NCBI RefSeq assembly: GCF_006345805.1
Contig: NW_021833715.1
Span: forward strand, 1-56,925
Direction of reading: 5' to 3'
Source of the DNA: Octopus sinensis
Taxonomy: Eukaryota
Length of the DNA stretch: 56,925 nucleotides
A program made the translations under genes and the position numbers. Positions 1-12,464 of the stretch are shown piece after piece. The notes under the pieces are model-generated. The model did no database searches, was not told the DNA's origin, and saw only the letters and a list, made by a program, of their open reading frames with translations. The first letter of the stretch is position 1; every line of letters starts with the position of its first letter.

Positions 1-2385
1 AGTGCATCTAACGGTTTCCGTGTGTTTCTTAAATGGCTTATAAACACCTTCCACGCTGCAATTGTTTTCGCTCCAGCACACGATCTCAGATCAGGTCACT
101 TGCTATGCAAGTACATCTCCGTAACTCTTACTATTGTTTCATGCAAAATCTCAGGCAAAATGCTTAGTGGCATTACGTCCGTCTTTACGTTCTAAGTTTA
201 AATTCTGCTGAGGTCGACTTTGCTCTTCATCTTTTCGGGGTCGATGAATCAGATAGTAGTTGACTACTGGGGGTCGATGTAATCGACTATTCCCTTCTCC
301 CAAACTTTTCAGGCTTTGTGCCTTTATTAGAAATGATTATTGTTATGCAGCACGGAATTTTGTCAGTGAACAGGTCTCAGTCTCAAAGCGACGAAAATAT
401 TTTCAGAAATTAAATTTAAATGTTGAAGTGAATCTAACGGTTTTTGTGTGTTTCTTAAATGGCATATAAACACCTTCCACGCTGCAATTGTTTTCGTTCC
501 AGCATACGATCTCAGATCAGGTCACTTGCTATGCAAGTACATCTCCGTAACTCTTACTATTGTTTCATGCAAAATGCTTAGTGGCATTACATTTGTCATT
601 ACATTGTGAGTTCTAATTCCACCAATCAACTTTGCCTTTCCTTCTTTCAGGGTTGATAAAATAAGTACCAGTCATGCACTGGGGATCAACGTAACTGACT
701 CATCCACCTCCTCCAAAGTTGCTCACCACATGTCAAAATTTCAAATCGAATTGAACCAGCCAGGATCCCTGGTCTGGTGGTACGTAAAAAGCACTATGCG
801 ACTCGTGGCCGATGCCAGCGCCGCCTCGACTGGCTTCCGTGCCGATGGCACATAAAATACACCAATCCGACCATGGCCGTTGCCAGCCTCGCCTGGCACC
901 AGTGCAGGTGGCACGTAAAAAGCACCCACTACACTCACGGAGTGGTTGGCGTTAGGAAGGGCATCCAGCTGTAGAAACATTGCCAGATAAGACTGGAGCC
1001 TGGTGCTGCCTCCTGGCTTCCCAGATCCCCGGTCGAACCGTCCAACCCATACTAGCATGGAGAACGGACGTTAATGATGATGATGATGAAGATTGATGCC
1101 ATTTTAATAATAAGCACACAGGAAGATGTATTATTACTCATGCTCATTACTAACATCCCTTTTTATAATTTATTTTTTACTGTATCAGTTTTTAGTTATT
1201 ATGTAATTAATCAACAATCACATACTCTTTACTTGTTTCAGTCATTTGATTGCGGCCATGCTGGAGCAGCGCCTTTTTTTTTTTTTTAATAGAGCAACTC
1301 GACCCCGGGACTTATTCTTTTGTAAGCCCAGTACTTATTCTATCGATCTCTTTTGCCGAACCGCTAAGGAACAGGGACATAAACACACCAGCATCGGTTG
1401 TCAAGCAATGCTAGGGGGACAAACACAAACACATACACACACACTTATATATATATACATATATACGACAGGCTTCTTTCAGTTTCCGTCTACCAAATCC
1501 ACTCACAAGGCTTTGGTCGGCCCGGGGCTATAGCAGAAGACACTTGCCCAAGATGTCACGCAGTGGGACTGAACCCAGAACCATGTGGTTGGTTAGCAAG
1601 CTACTTACCACACAGCCACTCCTGTGCCTATGTTTATCATTATCAACTTTATTTTAGTGCAAATTACTATTTTCACTAAAATAAATGGGGGTTTTTTTTC
1701 CCTGCAATACCCTTTTACTCTTTTATTTGTTTCAGTCATTTGACTGCGGCCATGCTGGAGCACCGCCCTTAGTCAAGCAAATCAACCCCAGGACTTATAC
1801 TGTGTAAGCCTAGTACCTATTCTATCGGTCTCTTTTGCTGAACCGCTAAGTTACGGAGATGTAAACACACCATCATTGGTTGTCAAGCAATGTTGGAGGG
1901 ACAAACACAGACACACAAACATATACACACACACGCATATATATATATATATACATAAATTACAAAATAAGAGCAAAAGAAATTGGACCAATACGGTAAT
2001 AACAAATTTTTTAGAGATTTCTATCGGTTTGTTTCGGGACGCATAAATTATAATGGTTATTGAAAAGTTTTGTTTTTTCCAGCATATTTGGCATTAGAAT
2101 TTTTCTTTTGCCCTTATCTTGTAAACTATTTATAAATTTAACCTTTACAGGTATTTTTTCATATGCTGGCCATTGACAAAATTTTTTTCCTGAAAAAAAT
2201 TTTATCCTACATTAAGTTACATATATATAGTGTGGTAAGTAGCTTGCTAACCAACCACATGGTTCCGGATTCAGTCCCACTGCGTGGCATCTTGGGCAAG
2301 AGTCTTCTGCTATAGCCTCGGGCCGACCAAAGCCTTGTGAGTGGATTTGGTAGACGGAAACTGAAAGAAGCCTGTCGTATATATG

Positions 2386-2418
<33 letters not shown>

Positions 2419-2621
2419 TTGTGTTTGTCCCCCAGCATTGCTTGACAACCAATGCTGGTGTGTCTACGTCCCCGTTACTTAGCAGTTCAGCAAAAGAGAC
2501 CGATAGAATAAGTACTGGGCTTACAAAGAATAAGTCCCGGGGTCGATTTGCTCGACTAAAGGCGGTGCTCCAGCATGGCTGCAGTCAAATGACTGAAACA
2601 AGTAAAAGGGTAAAAGAGAGA

Positions 2622-2660
<39 letters not shown>

Positions 2661-3911
2661 TATATACATATATATACACATATATATACACATATATACA
2701 TACATATATATACACATATATACAACTGGCTTCTTTCAGTTTCCGTCTACCAAATCTACTCAAAGAACGAGAGAATCCGGAAGTGAACACCGAGGCTATA
2801 GTAGAAGACACTTGCCTAAGTTGCCACACAGCGGGACTGAACCTGAAACCATGTGGTTGGTAAGCAAGCTACTTACCACACAGCCATTGAAGCATCCGGG
2901 ATGCTTCAAGTATATACACAATAAACAAACCTATTTTTAGGTACTTTTATATTTTATGTGTTTCAGAGTTATTAGACTGCCGCCATGCTGGAGCACTGCC
3001 TTAAATGGTTTAGGTGAACAAGTCACACCCATTATTTATGGGCTTTTTTCAAGCCTATCAGTCTCTTTTGCCAAACCACTAAGTTACAGGGATGTAAACA
3101 CACCAACACCAGTTGTCAAGCAACGGTAATGGCACACACACACACACACATAGACACACAAATACTCACATGATGGGCTTCTTTAAGTTTCCATCAACCA
3201 AATCTCTTTACTCTTACTCTTTTACTTGTTTCAGTCATTTGACTGCGGCCATGCTGGAGCACCACCTTTAGTCGAGCAAATCGACCCCGGGACTTATTCT
3301 TTGTAAGCCCAGTACTTATTCTATTGGTCTCTTTTTGCCAAACCGCTAAGTGACAGGGACGTAAACACACCAGCATCGGTTGTCAAGCAATGCTAGGGGG
3401 ACAAACACACATACACAAACACTCACACACACATCCACTCACAAGGCATTGGTCGGCCCGGGGCTATAGCAGAAGACACTTGCCCAAGATGCCACGCAGT
3501 GGGACTGAACCCGGAACCATGTTGTTGGTTAGCAAGCTACTTACCACACAGCCACTCCTGCGCCTAAATCTACTCACAATGCTTTAGTAAGTCTGGGTCT
3601 GTAGACGCCACTTGTCCAAGGTAACCCAGAGTGGGACGACTAAACTTGGAACCAAGTGGTTGGGTAGCTAAATTTTTACCAAACAGCCATTGCCAGTACC
3701 GCCTGACTGGCCCTCAAACCGGTGACACCTTGACCCTTTAGTGTTTGCATAATTCTACCCAAATTAATCCTTTTTTATCCGCTTTGTTTTGAACTAATCA
3801 TGTATTATCTTGTAGCTTTGAGAATTTGATGAGGTATCTGTTAATTTTTAAAATGATATTGTAGGGTTGGTGTGAGAGACCAGATCTGGCCAGTTTGAAC
3901 ATAAAACAAGC

Positions 3912-4500
3912 AGAATCATCATCATCATTGTTGTTCGACCGTGGTCGAGACAATGGAATTTACTATTTTACGCCAGACTTCACGGTCCATCATAGCATTA
4001 CAGAGGTCCTGTTGCTGGATGCCTGTATCCCTGGAGATTACATCAGGGTAGGAGAGTGTGCGCCCTCTGGTATTGCAAGTAGATGGCTTCCAGAGGAGAA
4101 GAGTAGAAATTACTTCTTTTTCAGCTCTACAACAATGTCCAGCAAACTGGACTCTCCTACCTTTCACAAGAGATGACACAGGTGGTAGTTTCCCATATAT
4201 TTGCATTTTGGTTGGATGGCGCTTCCACGAGAGATTTTGAGCTCTCATAAGGAGGCGAGTGTAGGTTCCATCCAACCGCCTCTCAAGCTTCTTTGATAAC
4301 GTCCAGGTTTCTGAGCCATATAGTAGAATTGGTTCGACTGTGGCTTTGAAGATTTCAAGTTTGAAATCTCTACTTAGGTTTGATGACCAGATCTTATGCA
4401 TGTCATTACAGGCTGACCAGGCCATACCCTTTCTAGTTAGAAAGTCTTTTCCAGATGATGATATGTATGACCCAAGATATTTATAATCAGAATACTTTTG
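3912..4500 (-). mobile_element. RTE-like LINE 3' fragment (different family)
   Basis: LLYGSETW, RVQFAGHC and GRTLSYPD C-terminal motifs; short (TGA)n tail. Confidence 0.85.
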
Positions 4501-4754
4501 GCCGGATATGGCTGGTTTAAATGCTAAAGGGTTAAAAGCATCAGATTGTAACCCAGAAAATTGCCAACAAAATCTTAAGAATTAACAGTGTAAAAAGGAT
4601 TAATAGGAAAAAAAAATGCTGACAAACTCAGAGTTTAAGAAATCAATGGCTTTTATTATTTAATCCTTCATACATACTGAGAATAATCACTAAACATAGA
4701 ATCATCTTGTTAGAAAATCTCACACACACACACACACAATTTTTTTTTTTTTTT

Positions 4755-4921
4755 TCATAAATATTTAATGTTGTTCCCTGTTGCTAACCTTCTAAACCTT
4801 TCCTTGGTTTTTGAAACAAGGGGTCTCTTATTCCATGCAGCTTCAAAGATATGAAATAAGGGAGATAATTTGTCGACCAAAGAACTAATAACAACATTGG
4901 CATCACCTATTACATCACCTA
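4755..4921 (-). CDS. Possible terminal exon of CHCHD5 (VGDVIGDANVVISSLVDKLSPLFHIFEAAWNKRPLVSKTKERFRRLATGNNIKYL*)
   Basis: Unique sequence among repeats. CAG acceptor at 4922-4924 in phase 1, which is compatible with the G| donor at 10150. Open to TGA. Polypyrimidine tract is weak and no homology is recognised. Confidence 0.2.
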
Positions 4922-5803
4922 CTGTACAAGTGATCATGGATGTAAACAAACAAACACACACACACACACACACACACACGGACATGATGGTCTTTCAGCT
5001 TTTGTCCACCAAATCCACTCACAAAGCTTTGGTCAGCCCAGCCTATAGTAAAAGACACTTGCCCAATGTGCCACATGGTGGCACTGAAACAAAAACCACA
5101 CAGGCAAATGAACCTCTGTCAATTCCCCCAAAGAATATTCAGTCAGGTGATCAAATGAATTAGCATAAAAGTGGCTGAGTATTCCACAGTTATGTATGAT
5201 CTTAATGTATTTATCCATGGTGGAGGAGTGCGGCTTAATGGTTAGGGTGTTAGGCTCATGATAATAAGATTATGGTTTAAATTCCTGGACTGGGTGACAT
5301 TTTGTGTTTTTCAGCAAAACACTTCATTTCATGTTGTTCCAGTCCACTCAGCTGGCAAAAATGAGTATTCGCGCAACAGACTGACATCCTATCCAGGGGG
5401 AATATATACACCACAGAAACTGTACAATTCAATGCATAACAAAACCGAGCCATTTTGAATTACAGATACAATCCATGAGCTGGGATTCCACACAGTTTCC
5501 TTCTATTGGCCCAAGAATCTGCAAACTGGAACCAAATGCACGATCTCATTGTTTGCAAACTTATCAACCATTCAGCCATGCATTATGTCCACACACCCAA
5601 ATATTTAGCCAGGCTGTGTTCATACACTCAGAGATACTCAACCATCTGGTCACATTGTATCAACACACATAGCGACATACACTGAATTATGTCATACCGT
5701 TCCCCCCAGAGACATATGGCTATGTTGTATGTCCACACAGCCAGAGATGCACTCTCAAAAATTTGACACCAGCATCGGTTGTCAAGCGATGTTGGGGGGA
5801 CAA

Positions 5804-5836
<33 letters not shown>

Positions 5837-7760
5837 CTTATACATATATACGACGGGTTTCTTTCAGTTTCCGTCTACCAAATCCACTCACAAGGCTTTG
5901 GTCAGCCCGAGCCTTTAGTAGAAGACACTTGCCCAAAGTGCCATGCAGTGGGACTGAACCCGGAACCATGTGGTTCGTAAGAAAGCTACTTACCACACAG
6001 CCACTCCTGCGCCTGTAAATTTTTTTACCGGCATTTTTCTCCTTGAGGTAGAGACAGCTATTCTGAAGGTCTGTCAATCCCCTAATAGACCAGTCTAGTG
6101 TAGCAGTTTATTTATTAATCCTTTAGTAGATAAAAAAAAATAATTAGAAAGTACCCCCCCCCCACCGGTCATTTGGTTACGCTGTTTCCACACACCTAGA
6201 GATACACAAATAGCAATACAAATACACACACACACACACACACACACACCCTGGTTCTCCGTCAGTTATGACAAGTGTTCCAGTAGCCCCAATCAACAGA
6301 ACAGCCTGTTTGTGAAATTGACGTGCAAGTGGCTGAGTACTCCACAGACATGTGTACTCTTAAGGTGTTTCTCAGAGAGATTCAGTGTGACACAGAGGGT
6401 GACAAGGCTGGCCCTATGAATTACACATACAACTCACTTTTGCCAGCTGAGTGGACTGGAGCAAAATGGAATAAAAAGTCTTGCTCAAGGACACAATGTA
6501 CGGCCAAGAATCGAACTCACAACCTTATGATTGTGAGCCAAATGACGTAACTGCTAAGCCACACGCCTGCACAACACACACACACGCAAAGGGGACACTT
6601 AACACAGCCATACAAACCTACAAAAATAACTACATTTAGTTAAGATGGTCTACATTTGAGATCTGTGTCAGGAAGAACTGGTTTCTTGCGCTGGAAAATA
6701 AAAGAAAGAACAGAAGCCATGAAGATCTGTGAAGACAGGCATGATTGTCATTACATCTACATGAAACATTTTACATATCATCATCATCATCATCATTTAG
6801 CGTCTGCTTTCCATGCTAGCATGGGTTGGACGGTTCAACTGGGGTCTGGGAAGCCAGAAGGCTGCACCAGGCCCAGTCTGATCTGGCAATGTTTCTACGG
6901 CTGGATGCCCTTCCTAATGCCAACCACTCCATGGTTTCAAAATCAAATTCGATGACTGGCATCCGTGCTAGTGGAGCACTAAGAGCACCATCTGAGTGTG
7001 ATCGTTGCCAGAGCGGCCGAGTGGCGTTCGTGCCGATGGCACATAAAAGGCACCATTCGAGCGTGGTCGTTACCAGCGTTGCCTTACTGGCAATTGAGCC
7101 AGTGTGCAGGTGACATGTAAAAAAAAAGATTCGAGTGAGGTCATTGCCAGTACTGCCTGACTGGCCCTCGTGCCACCGGCACGTAAAAGCACCCACGACA
7201 CTCTCGGAGTGGTTGGCATTAGGAAGGACACCCAGCTGTAGAAACTCTGCCAGATCAAGATTGGAGCCTGGTGCAGCCATCTGGTTCACCAGCCCTTAGT
7301 CATACGTCCAACCCATGCTAGCATGGAAAATGGACGTTAAACGATGATGATGATGAATATACAACAACTTAGCTGGTAGAAATGTTAGCATGCCAGACAA
7401 AATGCTTAGCAGCATTTCATCTGACTCTGCGTCTGCCTCTATGGGCGGTCAATGAAATAAGTACCAGTTACGCACTGAGGTTGATGTATAATCCACTATC
7501 CTCTTCCCCTGAAAAATTTCAGGCCTTGTGCCTATAACCGAAACGATTAATTACTCTTTTACTTGTTTCAGTCATATGACTGTGGCCATGCTGGAGCACC
7601 GCCTTTAGTTGAGCAGATCGACCCCAGGACTTATTCTTTGTAAGCCTAGTACTTATTCTATTGGTCTCTTTTGCCGAACTGTTAAGTTACGGGGATGTAA
7701 ACACACAAGCATCGGTTGTCAAGCGACGTTGGGGGGACAAACACAGACACACAAACATAA

Positions 7761-7807
<47 letters not shown>

Positions 7808-9004
7808 TACAAAGGGCTTCTTTCGGTTTCCGTCTACCAAATCCACTCACAAGGCTTTGGTCGGCCCGAGGCTATAGTAGAAGACACTTGCCCAAGTTGC
7901 CACGCAGTGGGACTGAACCCTGAACCGTGTGGCTCGGAAGCAAGCTACTTACTACACAGCCATTCCTACGCTTAAATTGCATACCAAAATCATATTCAGG
8001 CTGTACATGACTACCCACAAACTACCCAGAGCTGTCTATGCACAGAGTAGCTATTATAATAGCTATGATTGATAATCTGTGGCCTGGACAGAAGAGCAAG
8101 AAACATTTTGTTAGTTCTCCATATCCTTTACTGGGTTTTGTCATGAGATTGCAGCCAAGCTGGGGCACCGCCTTGAAGTTTTAGTCAAATGAATCAACCC
8201 CCAAGCTTTTATTTTAAAGCCAGGTACTTATTCTATCAGTCACTTTTGCCAAACTGCTAAGTTATGGGAACATAAAGAGACCAACACCAATTGCTAAGCA
8301 GTGGTGATGGTAACAATCACATACACACACTGGGATTCATTCAGTTTCCGTCTATCAAATCCAATCACAAGGCTTTGGTCAACCCTAGGCTATAATCGAA
8401 GATACTTGCCCAAGGGACCACATAGGGGTCTGTACTAATTCTTGTCCTCTCTTTTACTCTTTTACTTGTTTCAGTCATTTGACTGCGGCCATGCTGGAGC
8501 ACCGCCTTTAATCGAACAACTCGACCCTGGGACTTATTCTTTTGTAAGCCCAGTACTTATTCTATTGGTCTTTTTTGCCAAACCACTAAGTAACGGGGAC
8601 ACAAACACACCAGCATCGGTTGTCAAGCAATTCTAGGGGAACAAACACAGACACACAAACATATACACGCATATATATATACATATATACGACAGGCTTC
8701 TTTCAGTTCCCGTCTACCAAATCCACTCACAAGGCTTTGGTTGGCCCGAGGCTATAGTAGAAGACACTTGCCCAAGGTGCCACGCAGTGGGACTGAACCC
8801 GGAACCATGTGGTTGGTAAACAAGTTACTTACCACACAGCCACTCCTGTGCCTATCCTCGTGCATTTTTTGGGGGGAGTTAGTTTTTTCTTCAAAGAATT
8901 TAAGCAAACGGCAAGATTCTTTTGCTTAAGTTAAGACAGCTCTTTGTGTTTGTGGTTACCTAAATTGTGATGTGAATATATGCACATGAATTGGTGTGTA
9001 AATA

Positions 9005-9519
9005 TCTCTCTATATATAAACGGCAGTTTGTCTGTGTGTGTGTCTGGCAGGTTGTACCCTCACCCTGACCACGGCTTTCAACCGATTCTGATGAAACTTG
9101 ACACACTCATAGCCCAATGTCATAATTCAAGACTAACGCAGCGAAAATTTTGAAAAGTTCCCCCAGTTCTGAAAAAAATCGATAAATTCGACATGGGGTC
9201 GAGAATCTAAGCTTTTTATATGCAACACATTTTCTGTTGTAGTTTTCGCAACTTGCAATCAATTTTCACCAAACTCATTGTGAAGCTTAATGTTACCCTA
9301 AGAAACTTAATTCTGATGTTAGTTTTCCATGCAATACCTTACCATCAGAAAAAATCAATAAAATCATGCCATTTTGGGAAATCGCATTCAAATTCAAGAT
9401 GACATATTTTCAACAATATCTTTCACAAATTGGCAGGAATTTTTTAAAAATTCACAGCGAGCATCATGTCTGCTCCAGGGGCTCTTACATACCCAGGAAA
9501 AGCCGGGCTATGCTGCTAG
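9005..9519 (+). mobile_element. Non-autonomous Helitron-type element
   Basis: First about 200 bp nearly identical to 11184-11380. TC start, CCC..GGG hairpin and CTAG|T end. Confidence 0.75.
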
Positions 9520-9819
9520 TCTATGCATAAATTGATGTTTGAATATGGATGCATGTTGTGCACGTGTGTGCAAAGTTGACTTCAGCGGAATTTGAACTCA
9601 GGACATAAAGACAGACAAGATACTGCTAAGCATTTTGCCCAGCATGCTAACGACTCTGCCAGCTCACCACCATAATAATAATTATAATAATAATAATAAT
9701 TGCAAATTTTGGAACAAGGTCAGTATTTCCAGGGGAGGGAACAAGTCAGTTACATCAGCCCCCAGTACTCGACTGGTACTTATTTTATTGACCCAGCACA
9801 CTAATGATTCTATTATAAT

Positions 9820-10125
9820 TATTATTGATGATGATGACGATGAGGAGGAGGAAGGGCAGCAGCAGCAGAAGAAGGCAGAGGAGGAGGGGAGGAGGGGGAA
9901 GAAGAATGAAGAAGGAGGGGGGAGAAGAAGAATAATGAAGATGAAGAAAAAGAAGAAGGCGGAGGAGGGGGATGAGGAGGAGAAGAATGAAGAGGAGGGG
10001 AGGGGGGAAGAAGAAGGAGGAGGAGGAGGCGAAAAGGAAGAAGGTGGAGGAGTGGGATGAGAAGAAGAATGAGGGGGAGGAGGAGGAAGCGAAAAGGAAG
10101 AAGAAGAAGAAGAAGAAGAAGAATC
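9820..10125. repeat. (GAG/GAA)n polypurine tract, about 300 bp
   Basis: Almost exclusively G/A on the plus strand; starts about 25 nt past the CHCHD5 exon 10151 boundary. Confidence 0.9.
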
Positions 10126-10150
10126 TGAGACATAATAAATTAGAAATTAC

Positions 10151-10297
10151 CTTCAGATGCCACTCTGTTGGCGCATTCATTAAATCTCTCCAACTGCGCA
10201 GAACACTTCTGCACGTGGATAGGGTTTGAAACTAGACACTTTTCGTATTCCTCGTATTTTTCAGTGCATTGTTCCTTCACTCTTGTAACAATTGGGC
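10151..10297 (-). CDS. CHCHD5: CHCHD5 second coding exon (N-PIVTRVKEQCTEKYEEYEKCLVSNPIHVQKCSAQLERFNECANRVASE), with a +1 frameshift as assembled
   Basis: CAG acceptor at 10298-10300. Phase 2 joins the previous exon (AA|C = Asn, then Pro, matching the HP of vertebrate CHCHD5). Two more CX9C motifs appear if one base of the T6 run at 10257-10262 is removed. GTAATT donor-like site at 10150. Confidence 0.85.
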
Positions 10298-10737
10298 TGC
10301 AGGTTCAAATAGAATGCAGGGAGAGAGAATAAAAGAAGAACATCTTATATTTAAGAAACAGAAATCACAACTTCAACAAGAATTTATTGTTTTGCTATAT
10401 ATAAGGGAATATATTTGTACAGGGTGTGTGTGTGTGTGTCAACTGCTCATCATCAGTCTGGAGTAGCATGGCCTGAAGGACACAGGAAATGTGTCAAGGC
10501 TGACAGGAAGCGTTGATGCTTCCTAGGGCTAAATAGCAGTAGTGTGATTCCCTTTATGGGACTGTCACGTTAAGTTGACAGTATACAACTACTCTATCAT
10601 ACCACCACTGCTTATATCTCTCTGAGATATTTAGAAATGTATTATTTCAATTTTTGTAATCAGTGGATTTATTTCACTGGAATTCTTATATGTTTATAAA
10701 GGCTAGATAGGCATCTTCAGCTAGCAGGCCATGCTAC

Positions 10738-10779
10738 TCCAGACTGATGACGGGCAAGACTCAGAAACTAATCTCTGGA
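10738..10779 (+). ncRNA. Degenerate copy of the same hammerhead
   Basis: TCCAGA-CTGATGA-CGGG(CAAGA)CTCA-GAAA-CTAA-TC-TCTGGA, with substitutions in stems II and III. Confidence 0.7.
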
Positions 10780-10924
10780 TGCAGGCTTAGCTGGGTGGAG
10801 GTGCTTATCTCCCCTTTGTAAACATAAGGACACAGGAAAAGTGTGTCAAGGCCGACAGGAAGTTTGATGCTTCCTAGGGCTAAATAGCAGTAGTGTGATT
10901 CCCTTCATGGAACTGTCACATTAA

Positions 10925-11841
10925 CCCCTTACCCAACAATTATTTTGAAAATAAATGTATTTTTTCAGACATATTTTTTAATTGTTTTATTTTACTATGT
11001 TTTGAATGGTGATTTCGAGGTATATTTCAAACCTTATTTATTATGAATTTTAATTCAATAATATTGATTCTAAATTACCGCTTTGGGCAGAAACGAGTTA
11101 ACCCGTTTTTTTCATAAATCATATTACTTTTACAAAAAAATCATGTTATTATATTTGGTTATCGACATGGTGGGGTTATAATATCTCTCTCTATATAAAC
11201 GGCAGTTTGTCTGTCAGGTTGTACCCTCACCCTGACCACGGCTTTCAACCGATTCTGATGAAACTTGACACACACATAGCCCAATGTCATAATTCAAAAC
11301 TAACGCAGCGAAAATTTTGAGAAGTTCCCCCAGTTCTGAAAAAAATCGATAAATTCGACATGGGGTCGAGAATCAGAAACACAAACCACAGACTGTCTAG
11401 GGGACGCAACTCGACCTTTTTAACTCATTTTGCTATTTTTTGGCTATAACTCTCTAAAAATGCTTTATAGTTATTTCCCTTACAAACCCGAGCAACGCCG
11501 GGCGATACTGCTAGTAAAGGTATAAAAAAAAAACAACGTAAAAACAAAGTGAATACTTCTATTCATAAAATGTGCCTTCCAACCCTTCGACTGTCTCCAG
11601 GTGACTAAATCATACTCGGTCTTCAATGCCTTACTCAAGCGAAAGGTGGCAGAAATCGTCACTGCCAGACGTATAAAGTGAGCGAATATACTCGTATATC
11701 TCAAAAAAGAGTTTATAATAGACGAAGGAACTCGTTTGCTGTCGATTTTGGCGAGTCTATCTTTTGACGAGTTAACTCGCCAGAGATAGAAAAAAACGAT
11801 TTCAGTCAAAACGCATATATTCGTTACTGCCGGGTAAGGGG
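10925..11841. mobile_element. piggyBac-type non-autonomous element (MITE)
   Basis: TTAA target duplication (10921-10924, 11842-11845) and CCCCTTACCC...GGGTAAGGGG terminal inverted repeats. The flanks rejoin the host repeat unit. Confidence 0.85.
11184..11514 (+). mobile_element. Non-autonomous Helitron-type element nested in the piggyBac MITE
   Basis: 5' TC, 3' hairpin CCCG-AGCAACGC-CGGG followed by CTAG, inserted between A and T, no TSD. Homologous to 9005-9519. Confidence 0.8.
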
Positions 11842-11893
11842 TTAAGTTGACAGTATACAACTGCTCTTTTAATAATGATTTCTCCCATGCTAC

Positions 11894-11936
11894 TCCAGAC
11901 TGATGATGAGCAAAAACTCAGAAACTAGTCTCTGGA
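11894..11936 (+). ncRNA. Minimal type I hammerhead ribozyme, intact
   Basis: TCCAGA-CTGATGA-TGAG(CAAAAA)CTCA-GAAA-CTAG-TC-TCTGGA: all core residues, 6-bp stem I, 4-bp stem II, palindromic stem III ACTAGT, GUC cleavage triplet. Confidence 0.88.
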
Positions 11937-12424
11937 AGCAGGCTTAGCTGGGTGAAGGTGCTTATCTCCCCCTTGTAAACATAAGGCCACAGGGAATGTG
12001 TCCTTATGTTTACAACCAAGAATACACTACTCACTGAGTAACACAATAAAAAAGTGTGTGTGTGTGTGAGCAAGATGATCATTATCTTTTAATGTCAATG
12101 TTGCATGCTGGCAAGATCTGCATGATTTGACGGGGTCAAAAATGTCCAAAAACTATGTCATATTCCACTGTCTGATTTGGCAAGGTTTTGCATGGCTGGA
12201 TGCCATTCCCAAAGACAACCACTACCACAGATTGTACTAGGTGCTTTTTTCTTTTTCTTCATGTCACCATCACTTGGAGTTGCCATGCAGCTTGCAATTC
12301 TAAGACCTGCCTTTGACTGAGAAGAGGGCTCAATTCGGAGGGAGGTGGTTTTCAGCAAGGAGATACGAACCTAATATATGAAAGAAGGGACCAAAACAGA
12401 AAAACAGGGGGTATATATATATAA

Positions 12425-12463
<39 letters not shown>

Positions 12464-12464
<1 letters not shown>

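Larger units (their letters stand above)
10440..12015 (+). mobile_element. Tandem about 350-bp non-coding hammerhead-containing repeat (retrozyme / PLE pseudo-LTR-like), interrupted by a MITE
   Basis: Unit segment AAGGACACAGGA...CTGTCAC.TTAAGTTGACAGTATACAACT recurs near 10476 and 10827. Two plus-strand hammerheads, an inverted hammerhead 5' half at about 10446-10470, and a terminal fold-back at 11973-12015. Confidence 0.75.

Noticed and set aside
1-600. About 150-bp direct repeat (1-150 and 425-575)
   Set aside because: Looks like two pieces of a dispersed repeat around a SINE B remnant; truncated by the window edge and not interpretable.
9635-10229. Poly-Glu/Lys/Gly and poly-Leu/Ser ORFs
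   Set aside because: Produced by the (GAG/GAA)n tract; low-complexity on both strands.
11480-11860. 126-aa ORF inside the piggyBac MITE as a transposase
   Set aside because: No recognisable DDD transposase or Cys-rich motifs, and it spans the element boundary.
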